Positions 25,176 through 37,519 of a stretch of DNA of 64,000 nucleotides are shown one piece after another. The translations under genes were made by a program, and so were the position numbers. Within the stretch, counting starts at the first letter, position 1. The number at the start of each line of letters is the position of its first letter. Location: NCBI RefSeq assembly GCF_044704955.1, contig NC_091984.1, positions 147,932,001-147,996,000 of the forward strand, given 5' to 3'. The notes under the pieces are model-generated. The model worked only from the letters and a program-made list of their open reading frames with translations. It did no database searches and was not told where the DNA came from. Source of the DNA: Pristiophorus japonicus (Eukaryota).

Positions 25176-26509
25176 TTATCTGGTCATAGTCACATGTGGG
25201 AGCTTGCTATGCACAAACTGTCTGTCGTGTCTCCTCCATTACCGCAGTGACTACACTTCAAAAATACTTAATTGGCTGTAAAGCACTTTGGGACATCCTG
25301 AGGTGGTGAAAGGCGCTATTTAAATGCAAGTCTTTCTTACCAATTCAGCTCAACATCTTTGAAACCCAAACCCGCGGACAGTGACGGACAGGTAAAGACC
25401 CTGTGTCCATCCAGCCCGTCCCACACAATTGTGATACCTTGTGTATCACAGTATAGACTCTCCACCCCACCCAAAACTACCTGATCTCCTGGGAGAGGCG
25501 AAAAACCAGGGAAAAAACCCATTGGGGGAAATAAATCTGGGAAACACCTCTCCGACCGCCCCCGCTCCCCCCCAGGCGATGGAAACTAGTCCAGGAGGTG
25601 ACTGTGGCCCTGAATTCCCTGCAGTAACTACCTTCTGTAAGTGGTGATCTCCGCACCGGCCACAACAGGTCCTGCTCTCGCTTATGTACAGCTCATGGAT
25701 TTAAAATTACAAGCTTTCCCCGACAGTGTCAAGTGCTGCAAATACTGTGTTACATTATCAGGGTTATATTCTCACTGTCTGTCATTGTCACAACACTCGC
25801 TATATTAATGCAAGTTGTTGTTGTGTTCAGGGGCCGCTGTATCTGGCTCAGGCTTCTTATCCATCCCCCCTTCCCTTCCCCCTCCATTGGGGGCCGTGCC
25901 TTCAGCTGCCTGGGCCCTAACTCCCTGCTCCCTAAACCTCTCTGCCACTCCACCCCTCTCCTCTTTTAAGATCTCCCTTCAAACCCAATCTGTGACTCCC
26001 CCTCCCAGCCCCTCCCCCTTTGGCTCAGCACCACTTTGACCAGATTACGCCTCTGTCAGCTGCCTCGGGATGTTGTTCTAATGTTCCAGTTGCTATAGCA
26101 AATCAGGTTGTTGCTGCTGTACCTGGTGCAGAGCGTCTCTGTGTGGATATACCCCGTGCACTGAGCTCCGCGGTGAGGCCTCCCACAGTGGAATGACCTG
26201 CCGATGCTCGCTGCAGTGCGGAGTGGCTGCTGACCCGCCAATCGGTCTGAGACACCGCCTCACGAGCGGACGAGGAGATACACGCTGAGATCCACCATCA
26301 AATGACACATGGGGAACTGGAAATGATTCTGAAAACCTGACTGGAGGTTTGGTACAAACGGTTTTTACAAACAAATCAATTGAGTGATACAGAAATTGTC
26401 CAAAAATGTGGTCTTTTCAGAACCAACCGCCTCCTTTTGGTATGAAGACAGCACTGCCAATTTCCCTCACAATTTGACTGAGCTGCAATTTTCAATCTCT
26501 CCTTACGTC

Positions 26510-27096
26510 AGAGGGGCAGTACTGTCGGAGGGGCGGTACTGAGGGAGTGCCGCACTGTCGGAGGGGCGGTACTGAGGGAGTGCCGCTGTCAATCTTTATT
26601 CTATAACGCTCCTGTGAAGCGCTCGGGGAGTTTTACTGTGTTAAAGGTGCTGTATAAAAGTTGCTGTTGTTGTTTGTTCTGAGTTAGCTGTTCCAACTGA
26701 GGTCGGGATATGACTCACAGCTCAGACTTTGCGGCATCCAGTAATGCAATGTTGTATCGTGGGTTCAAGCCCCACTCCAGGGACCTGAGTGTAAAAGAAA
26801 GACATACACCACTGTGCAGTCCTGAGGGAGTGCTGCACTGTCGGAGGGGCGGTACTGAGGGAGTGCCGCACTGTCGGAGGGGCGGTACTGAGGGAGTGCC
26901 GCACTGTCGGAGGGGCGGTACTGAGGGAGTGCCGCACTGTCGGAGGGCCAGTACTGAGGGAGTGCTGCACTGTCGGAGGGGCAGTACTGAGGGAGTGCCG
27001 CACTGTCAGAGAGGCAGTACTGTCGGAGGGGCGGTACTGAGGGAGTGCCGCACTGTCGGAGGGGCGGTACTGAGGGAGTGCTGCACTGTCGGAGGG
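26510..27096. repeat. 33-bp SINE-derived minisatellite (two arrays: 26510-26586 and 26822-27096)
   Basis: Unit CTGAGGGAGTGCCGCACTGTCGGAGGGGCGGTA, about 8.5 copies in the main array. The unit matches the SINE body at about 12274-12300. Confidence 0.92.
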
Positions 27097-27126
27097 TGTG
27101 CATGTGTGCATTGGGAAAGTTCAGTC

Positions 27127-28960
27127 CTAGTCACGCAGCAATTGTTGGCAACGGTCTCTGATGAAGTCCATGTAGCCTCTGTTGGGTTCCCCTGGATCAT
27201 TCTCAGTTACTGAGGAAGTCTCAGCAGATCCAATACATGGGAATACCGAGCACAGTGTTGGCCGACTTGACCTGGTGACCTGCTCACTGTTTCCATCCAG
27301 GTGCAGCAACACCTGGACCCTCCGATTCCCCACTTGGCCAAGTTTCCCAGCACACTGAGCGCTTCAGTCCTCAATTTATCGCACGGCATCTCAGAGCGGT
27401 TGAATCCTTGCATGGGATTTGTCTGCAAACAGGTGGATGGTGTCTGCTCTCAACTGGAATATGTTCTTGCAGAGGCTCGACAGCGCCTCCTTCTGGTTCT
27501 CTTTGTTCCCCCACAACAACAACAACTTGTATTTATGTAGCACCTTTAACGTAGTGAAACGTCCCAAGGCGCTTCACAGGAGTATTATGGGATACAAATT
27601 TGACACCTAGCCGCATAAGTAGAAATTAGTGCTGGTCAAACAGGTCGGTTTTAAGGGGCGTCTTGAAGGGGGAAAGAGAGGTAAAGAGGCAGAGAGGTTT
27701 GGGGATGGAGTTCCAGAGCTTGGGGCTCAAGCAACAGAAGGCATGGCCACCAATGGTTGAGTGATTATAATCAGGGATGCTCAGGAGGGCAGAATTAGAG
27801 GAACGCAGACATCTTGGTTGGTTGTGGGGCTGGAGGAGATTACAGAGATAGGGAGGGGTAAGGCCATGGAGGGTTTGAAAATAAGGATGAGAATTTTGAA
27901 ATCAAAGGCGTTGCTTAACCGGGAGCTAATGTAGGTCAGCGAGCACAGGGGTGATGGGTGAACAGGACTTGGTGCGAGTTAGGACACAGGCAGCCGAGTT
28001 TTGGGTCACCTCCAGTTTACGTAGGGTAGAATGTGGGAGACCAGCCAGGATTGCATTGGAATAGTCGAATCTAGAGTTAACAAAGCATGGATGAGGGTTT
28101 CAGCAGCGGATGAGCTGAGGCAAGTGCGGGGACACGTGATGTTGTGGAGATGGAAATAGATGGTCTTAGTTATGCTGCGGATGTGTGGTCGAAAGCTCAG
28201 ACTAATCAATGTGCCCGTCACTTTATGAGACCAGTAATGGGCTCCAATTGTAATGTTGCCCAGTCCCGTGACACACAGAAACTGGTCAAGTGTAGAGCAA
28301 ACACCCCAACAATCTGCTCACCAGCGTGTCTGTGAGCTGCAGCTGTGAAACCCGTGGAGATTTGAACAGCTCTCCGAAGGAGGAAGCCACGGTGATTGGC
28401 TGACAGTCTGGGACGGTAAGGATCGGAGCTGCCTGCCCTTCCACAATGCCCGGCAGGCTGAGGCCAGTGTATTTCACCATTGCTCTGACCGGCAGGACAG
28501 CCTCCTTGTCGGAGTTGCCCAGGTCCATCATCTGGTCCCATCCCCCACTTTTCACCGTGTCCTTACTGACTGTTTTATTATTGGTCGGAGCCAGTGGGTC
28601 CTTTAGTGCCCCCACACAGTCCATGCCCATCTCTGCTTCTCCATGTTTCACACCCAGCTGAGAAATCTCACTGGTTGGATTTGCCGTGGGGAGCAGTACC
28701 ATTGAGCAGAGAAACATTAACACAGGGGTTGAGATGAATGAGCAGGGGGCAGAATAACAGCGGGAATAATGTAGTCACCACCTCTGCCAACTCAGGCTTA
28801 GTGTTCAGACGGCGGCCAGGGATCGAAGGGTTAAATAGATTGAATCTCTCTCCTCGTTGCTCTCTCAGGCACAAATACACAGTCTGTAGCACTTTGCTGT
28901 GATTGGTCCACCCCTGCGGTTTCTGTGTTGCCATGGTTTCTATTGTGAGGCCAGGGGACA
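27127..28960 (-). pseudogene. MROH1: Maestro heat-like repeat (MROH1-like) pseudogene fragment, split by an L2
   Basis: Minus-strand peptides ELAEVVTTLFPLLFCPLLIHL, GGWDQM..AVLPVRAMVKYTGLSLPGIV..CQPITVASSFGELF..LTDTLVSRLLGCL, EALSSLCK, KLRTEALSVLGNLAKWG and VLLHLDG..YMDFIRDRCQQL follow the MROH1 C-terminal HEAT region in order (recalled sequence). Stops and frameshifts are present. Confidence 0.75.
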
Positions 28961-31900
28961 TGTGCCCTCAGTGGTGATGTGTCCCGCGGGGGTCATGTGC
29001 CCATATAAGTCCTGCCCGCTGTGTGTGTCAGTTTAAGGTGAGTGTTGGGGATGAAGGCCCAGACTTGAGATACAGGCGAGATGGACAAGGCAACATTCAC
29101 AATCCTGGGCAGCCATGTTAGATTGAGCAGCTGTTTCTTCCTAATAGACAACCCTCCGCACCACAGACTCTCAAAGTCCTTGTGGCAAAAGGTGTAGAAA
29201 TGGGAGTGTCCCACAGACATTTCCAACAGCATTGACCCAAATTGGGATTTTCATGTGTCGGGGATTGAAACTGTTTAATGACGTCATGAGGAAGTAGTTG
29301 TGACATCAGAGCATTTTGTTGTGACATCAGAGCGGTCCATTGTGACATGTGTTCCAGTCTTCGCCCCTTAAAATGGCCGTTTATTGCCGACCAGCCCAGG
29401 TTTCTCCCCCACATATCCTCCCTGCTTTCCTCCTTTGGCCTCGAGAGAGAAATCTCAGATCACACACAGATCGGGAGAACTTTATCCGGGAACATTGCGA
29501 CACACTTGTATAAACACACTTCAGCAAGGCTTCATGTTGGGTGTCGGTGTAGAAGCTTCTAGATTGCATTTAAAAGCTTGCTGCTCAGCACGGGGGTGAG
29601 GTCAAGGGTGAGGCTACAATTAGCCTCAGTTTACCGGGGTCAGGCAGGGTCACTGCTCCCAATGATCCCGTGACCTCCTGGAAGGTCAGAGTGCGTGGAC
29701 AATGGGCGAGGGTCAGGATCAGGGACCTCGCACTTCAATGAAAGAAAGCCTTAAATTTATATTGCGCCTTTCACAACCTCAGGACGTCCCAAGGTGCTTT
29801 ACAACCAATTGCACACAGGAAGGTTTACGAGGATGTTGCGAAGACTAGAAAATTTTAGCTATGAGGAGAGATTGGATAGGCTGGGTTTGTTTTCTTTGGC
29901 ACAGAGGAGGCTGAGGGGAGATTTAATTGAGGTGTATAAAATTATGAAGGGCCTGGATAGAGTGGATAGGATGGAACTATTTTCCTCAGCAGACTGGTCA
30001 ACAACCAGGGCATAGATTTAAAGTAATTGGTGGGAGGTTTAGAGGGGATTTGAGGGGAAATGTCTTCACCCAGAGGGTGGTGGGGGTCTGGAACTCACTG
30101 CCTAAAAGGGTGGTAGAGGCAGAAACCCTCACCACTTTTAAAAAGTACTTGGATGTGCACTTGAATTGCCGTAACCCACAGGGTTACGGACCCAGAGCTG
30201 GAAAGTGGGAGTGGGCTGGATAGATCTTTGTCGGCTGGTTTGGACACGATGGGCCGAATGGCCTCCTTTCATGCTATAAATTTCTCTGATTCTATGAAGC
30301 TCCAGACTGCAATGAGATCATGACCAGATCATCGGTTTTAACTATGTTAGTTGTGGGATAAATATTGGCCAGGACACTGGGAAGAACCTCCTTGTCCTTC
30401 CAATCATGATTATATGAGCTTTCATGCCCACTTGAGTTAGATTTAGCGTAGTTATGTAAAAGGACAAAGATAGAGCAGGAATAAAGGTTCTCAATTGCGG
30501 AAAGGCCCATTTTACTAAGCTGAGAGGTGATTTAGCAAAATTGGGCTGGAAACAGCTGCTTGAAGGTAAATCAGTGTCAGAGCAGTGGGAGGTATTCAAA
30601 GGGGAGATAGTGAGGGTTCAGAGTAAGTATGTTCCACAAAGGAAAAGGGTGGCACTCCCAAATCTAATGCCACCTGGATGGCAAAGGGCATACAGGGTAG
30701 GATAAGGCAAAAAAGGGAAGCTTATGTCAGATACCCAGAGCTAAATACTGCAGAAAGCCAAGAGGCATATAAGAAGTGCAGGGGTGAAATTAAAAAGGAA
30801 ACTAGGAATACAAAGAAAGGGCATGAAAAAATATTGGCAAGTAAAATCAAGGAAAACCCGAAGATGCTTTGTAAATACATAAAGAGCAAGAGGATAACTC
30901 AGGAAAGAGTTGGGCCGATTGGAGACCAAAAAGGTAACCTGTGTGTGGAGGTGGAAGACGTGGGTATGGTTGTAAGTGAATACTTTGCATCTGTCTTCAC
31001 AGAAGAGAGGCACGATGCAGACATTGTAATTAAGGAGAAGTATGAAATATTAGATGTGATAAACATAGTGAGAGAGGAAGCATTAAGGGGTTTAGCTTCT
31101 TGGAAAGTGGATAAATCCCCAGACCCAGTTGAAATATATCCCAAGGGAGGAAATAGCGGAGGTTCTGACCATCATTTTCCAATCATCCCTGGCTACAGGT
31201 GTAGTGTTGGAGGACTGGCGGACTGCTAACGTGGTACCTTTGTTTAAAAAGTGAGAAAGGGATAGACCGAGTAATTATAGGCTAGTCAGCCTAACCTCGG
31301 TGGTGGGAAAATTATTGGAAACAAATCTGAGGGAGAGGATAAATTGTCATATAGAAAGGGACGGATTATTCAAGGACAGTCAGCATGGATTTGTTAGTGG
31401 AAGGTCGCGCCTGACTAACTTGATGAATTTTTTGCGGAGATAACAAGGAGGGTCGATGAATGTTGCACCTTTGATGTTGTCTACATGGATTTTTGCAAGG
31501 CATTTGGTAAAGTCTCACATGGCAGAAAAGTAAAAAGCCCAGGGATCCAAGGGAAAGTGGCAAGTGGGATCCAAAATTGGCTGAGTGGCAGTCTCTCACT
31601 CTGTCTCCGTCTCACGCTCTCCCTTCCCCACAGAATCCCAGGTGCAGCACACTGAACTGCAGAGTAAACCTCCCTGTGCCCTGCCCCACCAATGGATGTT
31701 AACCCTTGACCCCAGAGCATGCCTTCTCCTGGAGTAAGGCCCCATTCCCCACAGTGGCCATCCCTTTGCCTCTCTCAGTACACTGGCTGTTTATTGCCCA
31801 ATTAAGGGTCGTTCTGTGCTGTGGGCCTATTCTCAGTGGGGACCGGTTTGGACAGAAATCTCATTTCATGAAGGCTCAACAGAGGGAGGAGATCCTCACC

Positions 31901-32684
31901 CCATCAATGTGAGCTGGAGCGACAGGACAGGGTCTGACCCACTGCCACATCCTGTCTGCTCAGAACATCTTCGAATCCCTTCCCCTCTCCTTCCCCTTCC
32001 ATGGCCCGGCTCCAGGTCAGGGTGTGCCAATGATCCCAAATTTGCACCAGGAAGGGTCCGCACTCCACGTCTACCATGGACTCCATATCCCACTGGTCCT
32101 CCAATCGAGCCCAGGCAACATGGTTCCTTCCTATTGGTCCCCCAGTAGGGACCAGGAAACATGGCTCCTTCCTATTGGTCCCGCAATAGGGACCAAGAAA
32201 TATGGATCCTTCCTATTGGTCCCCCAATAGGGACCAGGCAACATTGCTCCTCCCTATTGGACCACACTGACCTACTGCCCCTGACATCCCTGCCCTCTGA
32301 GAGTCTGTGCTGAGGGTGAGGTGCCCTGCAGTCAGTTATCCTGTTGGCAAGCATCTTGAGAATGTTGGCACGTTAAAGGCACCAGATAAATGCAGACTGT
32401 GTGTGGATTTTGGATGTCGATAGTGCTGGATAATGGTGAGGCCTCCTGCAGTCGGATATCCTGCTGAGAGAGTCCAGGCTTGCACACGTGGAATGGGGAA
32501 GTGGGTGAGGTTGGAACGTGCTGTCAGGGCCCATGGAACTGGACCCCAGCATGAAGCCTTCCTCAGGAGAGGAGAGGGAATGTTCAGAGCCCTGGGCTCC
32601 ATTTTCCACACCAGGCATTTCCTGTCCCAGTGAATGAATGAGATGCCAATTTTGTGCCCAGGTTAGGGGCAGTCTAGTGCTGTG

Positions 32685-34339
32685 GAAAACTGCAAAAGTA
32701 ATGCCCCTCTTTAGAAAAGGAGGCAGTCAAAAAGCAGGAAACTCTAGACCAGTTAGGCTAACATCTGTAGTTGGGAAAATGTTGGAGTCCATTGTTAAAG
32801 AAGCAGTAGCAGGAGATTTGGGAAAGCATAATTCAGTCCGGCAGAGTCAGCATGGATTTATGAAGGGGAAGTCATGCTTGACAAATTTGCTGGAATTCTT
32901 TGAGGTTGGAAAGAACAGGGTGGATAAAGGGGAACCAGTGGGTGTGGTGTATTTGGACTTCCAGAAGGCATTTGACAAGGTGCCACGTAAAAGGTTACTG
33001 CGCAAGATAAAAGTTCATGGGGTTGGGGGTAATATATTAGTATGGTTAGAGGATTGGCTAACTAACAGAAAACAGAGAGTCGGGATAAATGGTTCATTCT
33101 CAGGTTGGCAATCAGGAACTAGTGAGGTGCCATAGGGATCAGTGCTGGGACCTCAATATTTACAATCTATATTAACGACTTGGATGAAGGGACTGAGTGT
33201 AATGTAGCCAAATTTGCTGATGATACAAAGATGGGAGGAAAAGCAATGAGTGAGGAGCACACACAAAATCTGCAAAAAGACATAGACAAGCTAAGTGAGT
33301 GGGCAAACATTTGGTAGGTGGTGTATAATGTTGGAAAGTGTGAGGTTATGCCCTTTGCCACAAATAATCATTGAGCAAGTTATTATTTAAATGGAAACAA
33401 ATTACCAAGTGCTTCAGTACAGCAGGACCTGGGGGTCCTGGTGCATGAAACACAACAGGATAGTATGCAGGTACAGCAATTGATCAGGAAGACAAATGGA
33501 ATCTTGGCCTTTATTGCAAAGGGGATGGAGTATAAAAGCAGGGAAGTCTTGATACAATTATACAGGGTATTGGTGAGGCCACACCTGGAAAATTGCATAC
33601 AGTTTTGCTTTCCATATTTACGAAAGGCTAAACTTTCAAGCAGTTCAGAGAAGGTTCATAGAAACATACAAACAAAGAAAATAGGTGTTGGAGTAGGCCA
33701 TTCGGCCCTTCGAGCCTGCACCACCATTCAATATGATCATGGCTGATCATGCAACTTCAGTACCCCATTCCTGCTTTCTCTCTATACCCCTTGATCCCTT
33801 TAGCCATAAGGGCCATATCTAACTCCCTTTTGAATATATCTAACAAAGTGGCCTCAACAACTTTCTGTGGCAGAAAATTCCACATGCTCACAACTCTCTG
33901 ACTGAAGAAGTTTCTCCTCAACTCGGTTCTAAATGGCTTACCCCTTATCCTCAGACTGTGATCCCTGGTTCTGGACTTCCCCAACATCGCAAACATTCTT
34001 CCTGCATCTAATCTGTCCAATCCCGGCAGAATTTTATATGCTTCGATGAGATCCCCACTCATTCTTCTAAATTTAATTGAATATAAGCCGAGTCGATCCA
34101 GTCTTTCTTCATTTGTCAATCCTGTCATCCTGGGCATCAGTCTGGTGAACCTTCGCTGCACTCACTCAATAGCAAGAACGTCCTTCCTCAGATTAGGAGA
34201 CCAAAACTGTACACAATATTCAAGGTGTGGCCTCATCAAGGCCCTGTACAACTGTAGTAAGACTTCCCTGTTCCTATACTCAAATCCTCTCGCTATGAAG
34301 GCCAACATGCTATTTGCCTTCTTCACCGCCTGCTGTACC
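32685..34339. mobile_element. CR1 fragments (plus 32685-33660; minus 33660-34339)
   Basis: ORFs 32638-33135 and 33757-34161 with CR1 RT motifs. Confidence 0.85.
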
Positions 34340-34575
34340 AGATGTCTCATTGAGCAAGAGGCGCTTCAGGTGCCTGGACAGGTCTGGAGGCACCCTTCAG
34401 TACTCACCAGCGAGGATGTACAGGTTAATCGTGGTGTGCTGCATTGTGAAAAACATAGCACAGCAATGAGGACTATTTGTGCAGGAGGAACCAGTAGCTC
34501 AGCACTCCTCATCTGATCTGCATTCCAATGAAGTGGAGGAGGACAAGGAGCAGGAAGAGAAAGAAGAAGCCACCA
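34340..34575 (+). mobile_element. PIF/Harbinger transposase (HARBI1-like) C-terminal fragment
   Basis: RCLIEQ / KRRFRCLDRSGGTLQYSPARMYRLIVVC followed by an acidic tail. Confidence 0.7.
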
Positions 34576-36670
34576 AAGTCACCACTGGGATGATTCCGGG
34601 GATGAGGGGGTTGACTTATGAGGAAGGTTGAGTCAGTTGTGCCCTTGCTCATTGGAATTTAGAAGAATGAGAGGTGATCTTATCGAAACGTATAAGGTTA
34701 TGAGGGGGCTCGACAAGGTGGATGCAGAGAGGATGTTTCCACTGATAGGAGAGACTAGAACGAGCGGGCATGATCTTAGAATAAGGGGCCACCCATTTAA
34801 AACTGAGATGAGGAGGAATTTTTCCTCAGAGGGTTATGAATCTGTGGAATTCGCTGCCTCAGAGACCTGTGGAAGCTGGGTCATTGAATAAATTTAGACA
34901 GCGAGCGACAGTTTCTTAACCGATAAGGGAATAAAGGGTTATGGGGAGCGGGCACGGAAGTGGAGCAGAGTCCATGATCGGATCACCCATGATCTTATTA
35001 AATGGTGGAGCAGGCGCGAGGGGCCGTATGGTCTCCTCCTGCTCCTATTTCCTATGTTCAATATGTTCTTAAAGTGAGGAGGAGTGGGACTAAATGGGTA
35101 ATTCTTTCAAAGAGCCAGCACAGGCACGATGGGCCGAATGACCTCTTTCTGTGTTGCAAGATTCTAGGCTGTGAGCGCGGTTCACAGTTTTCTCCCGTGT
35201 CATTAACAAACGTACAGCTGTGACAACCTCCCTCTTTCACTTCCTCTGTGGGTGAAGTTTCATTCTTCTGATCTGACAATCTCTTCAGTTATTTTTTGCA
35301 CGGGGGATTTCTGCTGTGGTCTGTGTCTCTAATAATAACTGTCCAATAAGGCAGAATAACAGCAGCTCGGACCGGCTCGGACAGCGGACCCAGGCTCAGT
35401 GCTGACCCTGCAACATCCTCCTCACCAACATCTGGGGACTTGTGCCAAAAGTGGGAGAGCTGCCCCACAGACTCGTCAAGCACCAGTCTGACATTGTCCT
35501 ACTCACAGAATCAGATCTTTCAGCCAATGTCCCACAGCCCACTCCCCACACCGCACCCCCCCACCCCCCGAATCCCGTGAAAAATGAACAGGAACTCTTT
35601 TGAAGAAGAGTCTGTTCTGAGATTCTGGGTGTGAGAGATTCTGTGCTGAGTAAACAATCACTATCACTACAGAAAAAGTACTTGGTAAAATAATGGAACT
35701 AAAGGTGGACAAATCCCCTGGACCTGATGGCCTGCATCCTAGGGTCTTAAATGAAGTTGCTGCAGAGATAGTGGATGCATTGGTTGTAATCTACCAAAGT
35801 TCCCTGGATTCTGGAAAGGTCCCAGCGGATTGGAAAACTGCAAATGTAACGCCGCTATTTAAAAAAGGAGGGAGACAGAAAGCAGCAAACTATAGACCAG
35901 TTAGCCCAACATCTGTGGTTGGGAAAATGCTGGAGTCCATTATTAAGGAAGCAGTAGCAGGACATTTGGAAAAGCATCATTCAATCAAGCAGAGTTAGCA
36001 TGGTTTTATGAAGGGAAAGTCATGTTTGACACATTTGCTGGAGTTCTTTAAGGATGTAACGAGCAGGGTGGAAAAGGGAGAACCAATGGTTGTGGTGCAT
36101 TTGGATTTCCAGAAGGCATTCAATAAGCTGACACAAAAGATTACTGCGCAATATAAGTTGGTCCCTCGAGCCTGCTCCGCCATTAAATAAGATCATGGCT
36201 GATCTGATCATGGAGTCAGCTCTACTTCCCTGCCCGCTCTCCATAACCCTATATTCCCTTATCGCTCAAAAATCTGTCGATCTCCGCCTTAAATATATTC
36301 AAGGACCCAGCCTTCACAGCTCAATGGGGCAGAGAATTCCATAGATTTACAACCATCTGAGAGAAGAAATTCCTCCTCATCTCAGTTTTAAATGGGCGGT
36401 CTCTTATTCTGAGACTATGCCCCCTAGTTTTAGTTTCCCCTATGAGTGGAAATATCCTCTCTGCATCCACCTTGCCGAGCCCCCTCATTATCTTGTATCT
36501 TTCAATAAGATCACCTTTCATTCTTCTGAACTCCAATGAGTATAGGCCCAACCTACTCAACCTATCTTCATACGTCAACTTCTCATCCCTAATTGCCCTT
36601 GAGAAGATGATGGCGAGCCGCCTTCTTGATCTGATGCAGTCCCAAAGTGCTGTTATTGAGGGGTATCACT

Positions 36671-37030
36671 CCAGTGTGTGGGTTTATCACTCCATTGGAG
36701 GCACTGAGGCCGATGAACACCGTAAACCAGAGGCAATCGTATTGGAGGGCAACTATTAGAAAAGGAAGATTGAGGTTGTAATAAAAGAATATCATAAATG
36801 GAGGAACTATTTTAAAAATAGATCACACAAGAATAGAGATGATGATTTGTCCAGCCTGGAAAACGAGGATATCATTGCAAAGAGTATGGAAAAATGGTCA
36901 CGTCAAATATTACAAGATTCAGTCCCCATGGAGGAGGGGGACACAATTCTCTGCGACTTAGAATACCTTCTCTCCGATATCTCAGATACGCTGTTCACCA
37001 TGACGCAGCAGACAAAGCCATGGCCAAATG
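36671..37030 (+). pseudogene. MLXIPL: Processed pseudogene fragment of ChREBP/MondoB
   Basis: PVCGFITPLE(frameshift)TEADEHRKPEAIVLEGNY*KRKIEVVIKEYHKWRNYFKNR...DDDLSSL...DLEYLLSDISDTLFTMTQ. TGG>TAG at 36757-36759. No introns. Confidence 0.88.
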
Positions 37031-37519
37031 CAGGCTGGGGCCATTAGAGGGAGCAGCACCTGCTGATGCACTGTGGGCAGGTACAGCAGGAATGGCAATG
37101 TCGGGACGAAGGAGCGGCAATAGTTTGTAGAATGATGTGATCGGTGCCCAGGAGAGGCGAGGGCCCAGGGACAGCACGGGCCAGCCCACATTGTTGTATG
37201 TGTGTGCACTAGGTCCATGCAGCAGAGCTGGTCTCTGGTCGTCTTGGTTAATCCTTGCCACTAGACCAAGACCTAGCTCTTGCACATCAGCCACTACACG
37301 GGCTTGAAACGGCCACCACACGTTAAAAAAAGTCCATGCACAGAAATCTTCCACCCTTCAGGATGTAGTTCGGGATCCAGAATAGCAATGAAATACCTGT
37401 GAACTCATCCCTTTTCGGCATGGAAGCAAGTCATCCTTATTTCGAGGGACTGCCTATGATGATGATGACATTGAGGAAGTTCCATGATTTTGACCTCGTG
37501 ACGATGAAGGAACAGAATA

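Larger units (their letters stand above)
29445..35535 (-). pseudogene. Inverted relic of a kappa cluster lacking promoter, L, V, J and C
   Basis: Reverse-complement matches: 29445-31591 to 9392-11975; 31592-32265 to 60820-61560; 32365-32680 to 54935-55255; 35080-35535 to 54418-54868. These are colinear with cluster order on the minus strand. Confidence 0.85.

Noticed and set aside
25480-25605. Structured inverted-repeat segment suggestive of a ribozyme
   Set aside because: Lacks the hammerhead core (CTGATGA...GAAA). It looks like a conserved SINE/LINE 3' domain.
26822-27096. 33-bp repeat array resembling a CRISPR array or a repeat protein ORF
   Set aside because: Units are head-to-tail with no unique spacers, derive from a SINE, and the DNA is vertebrate.
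20915-29445. A second C exon after the duplicated intron or in the ghost cluster
   Set aside because: No C1-set motifs (ATLVC, FYP, YSVSS) were found on either strand by eye.
31580-31605. RAG-mediated germline deletion as the cause of the ghost-cluster junction
   Set aside because: No heptamer/nonamer at the junction. It joins CR1 sequence to a CT/GA-rich tract upstream of the promoter.
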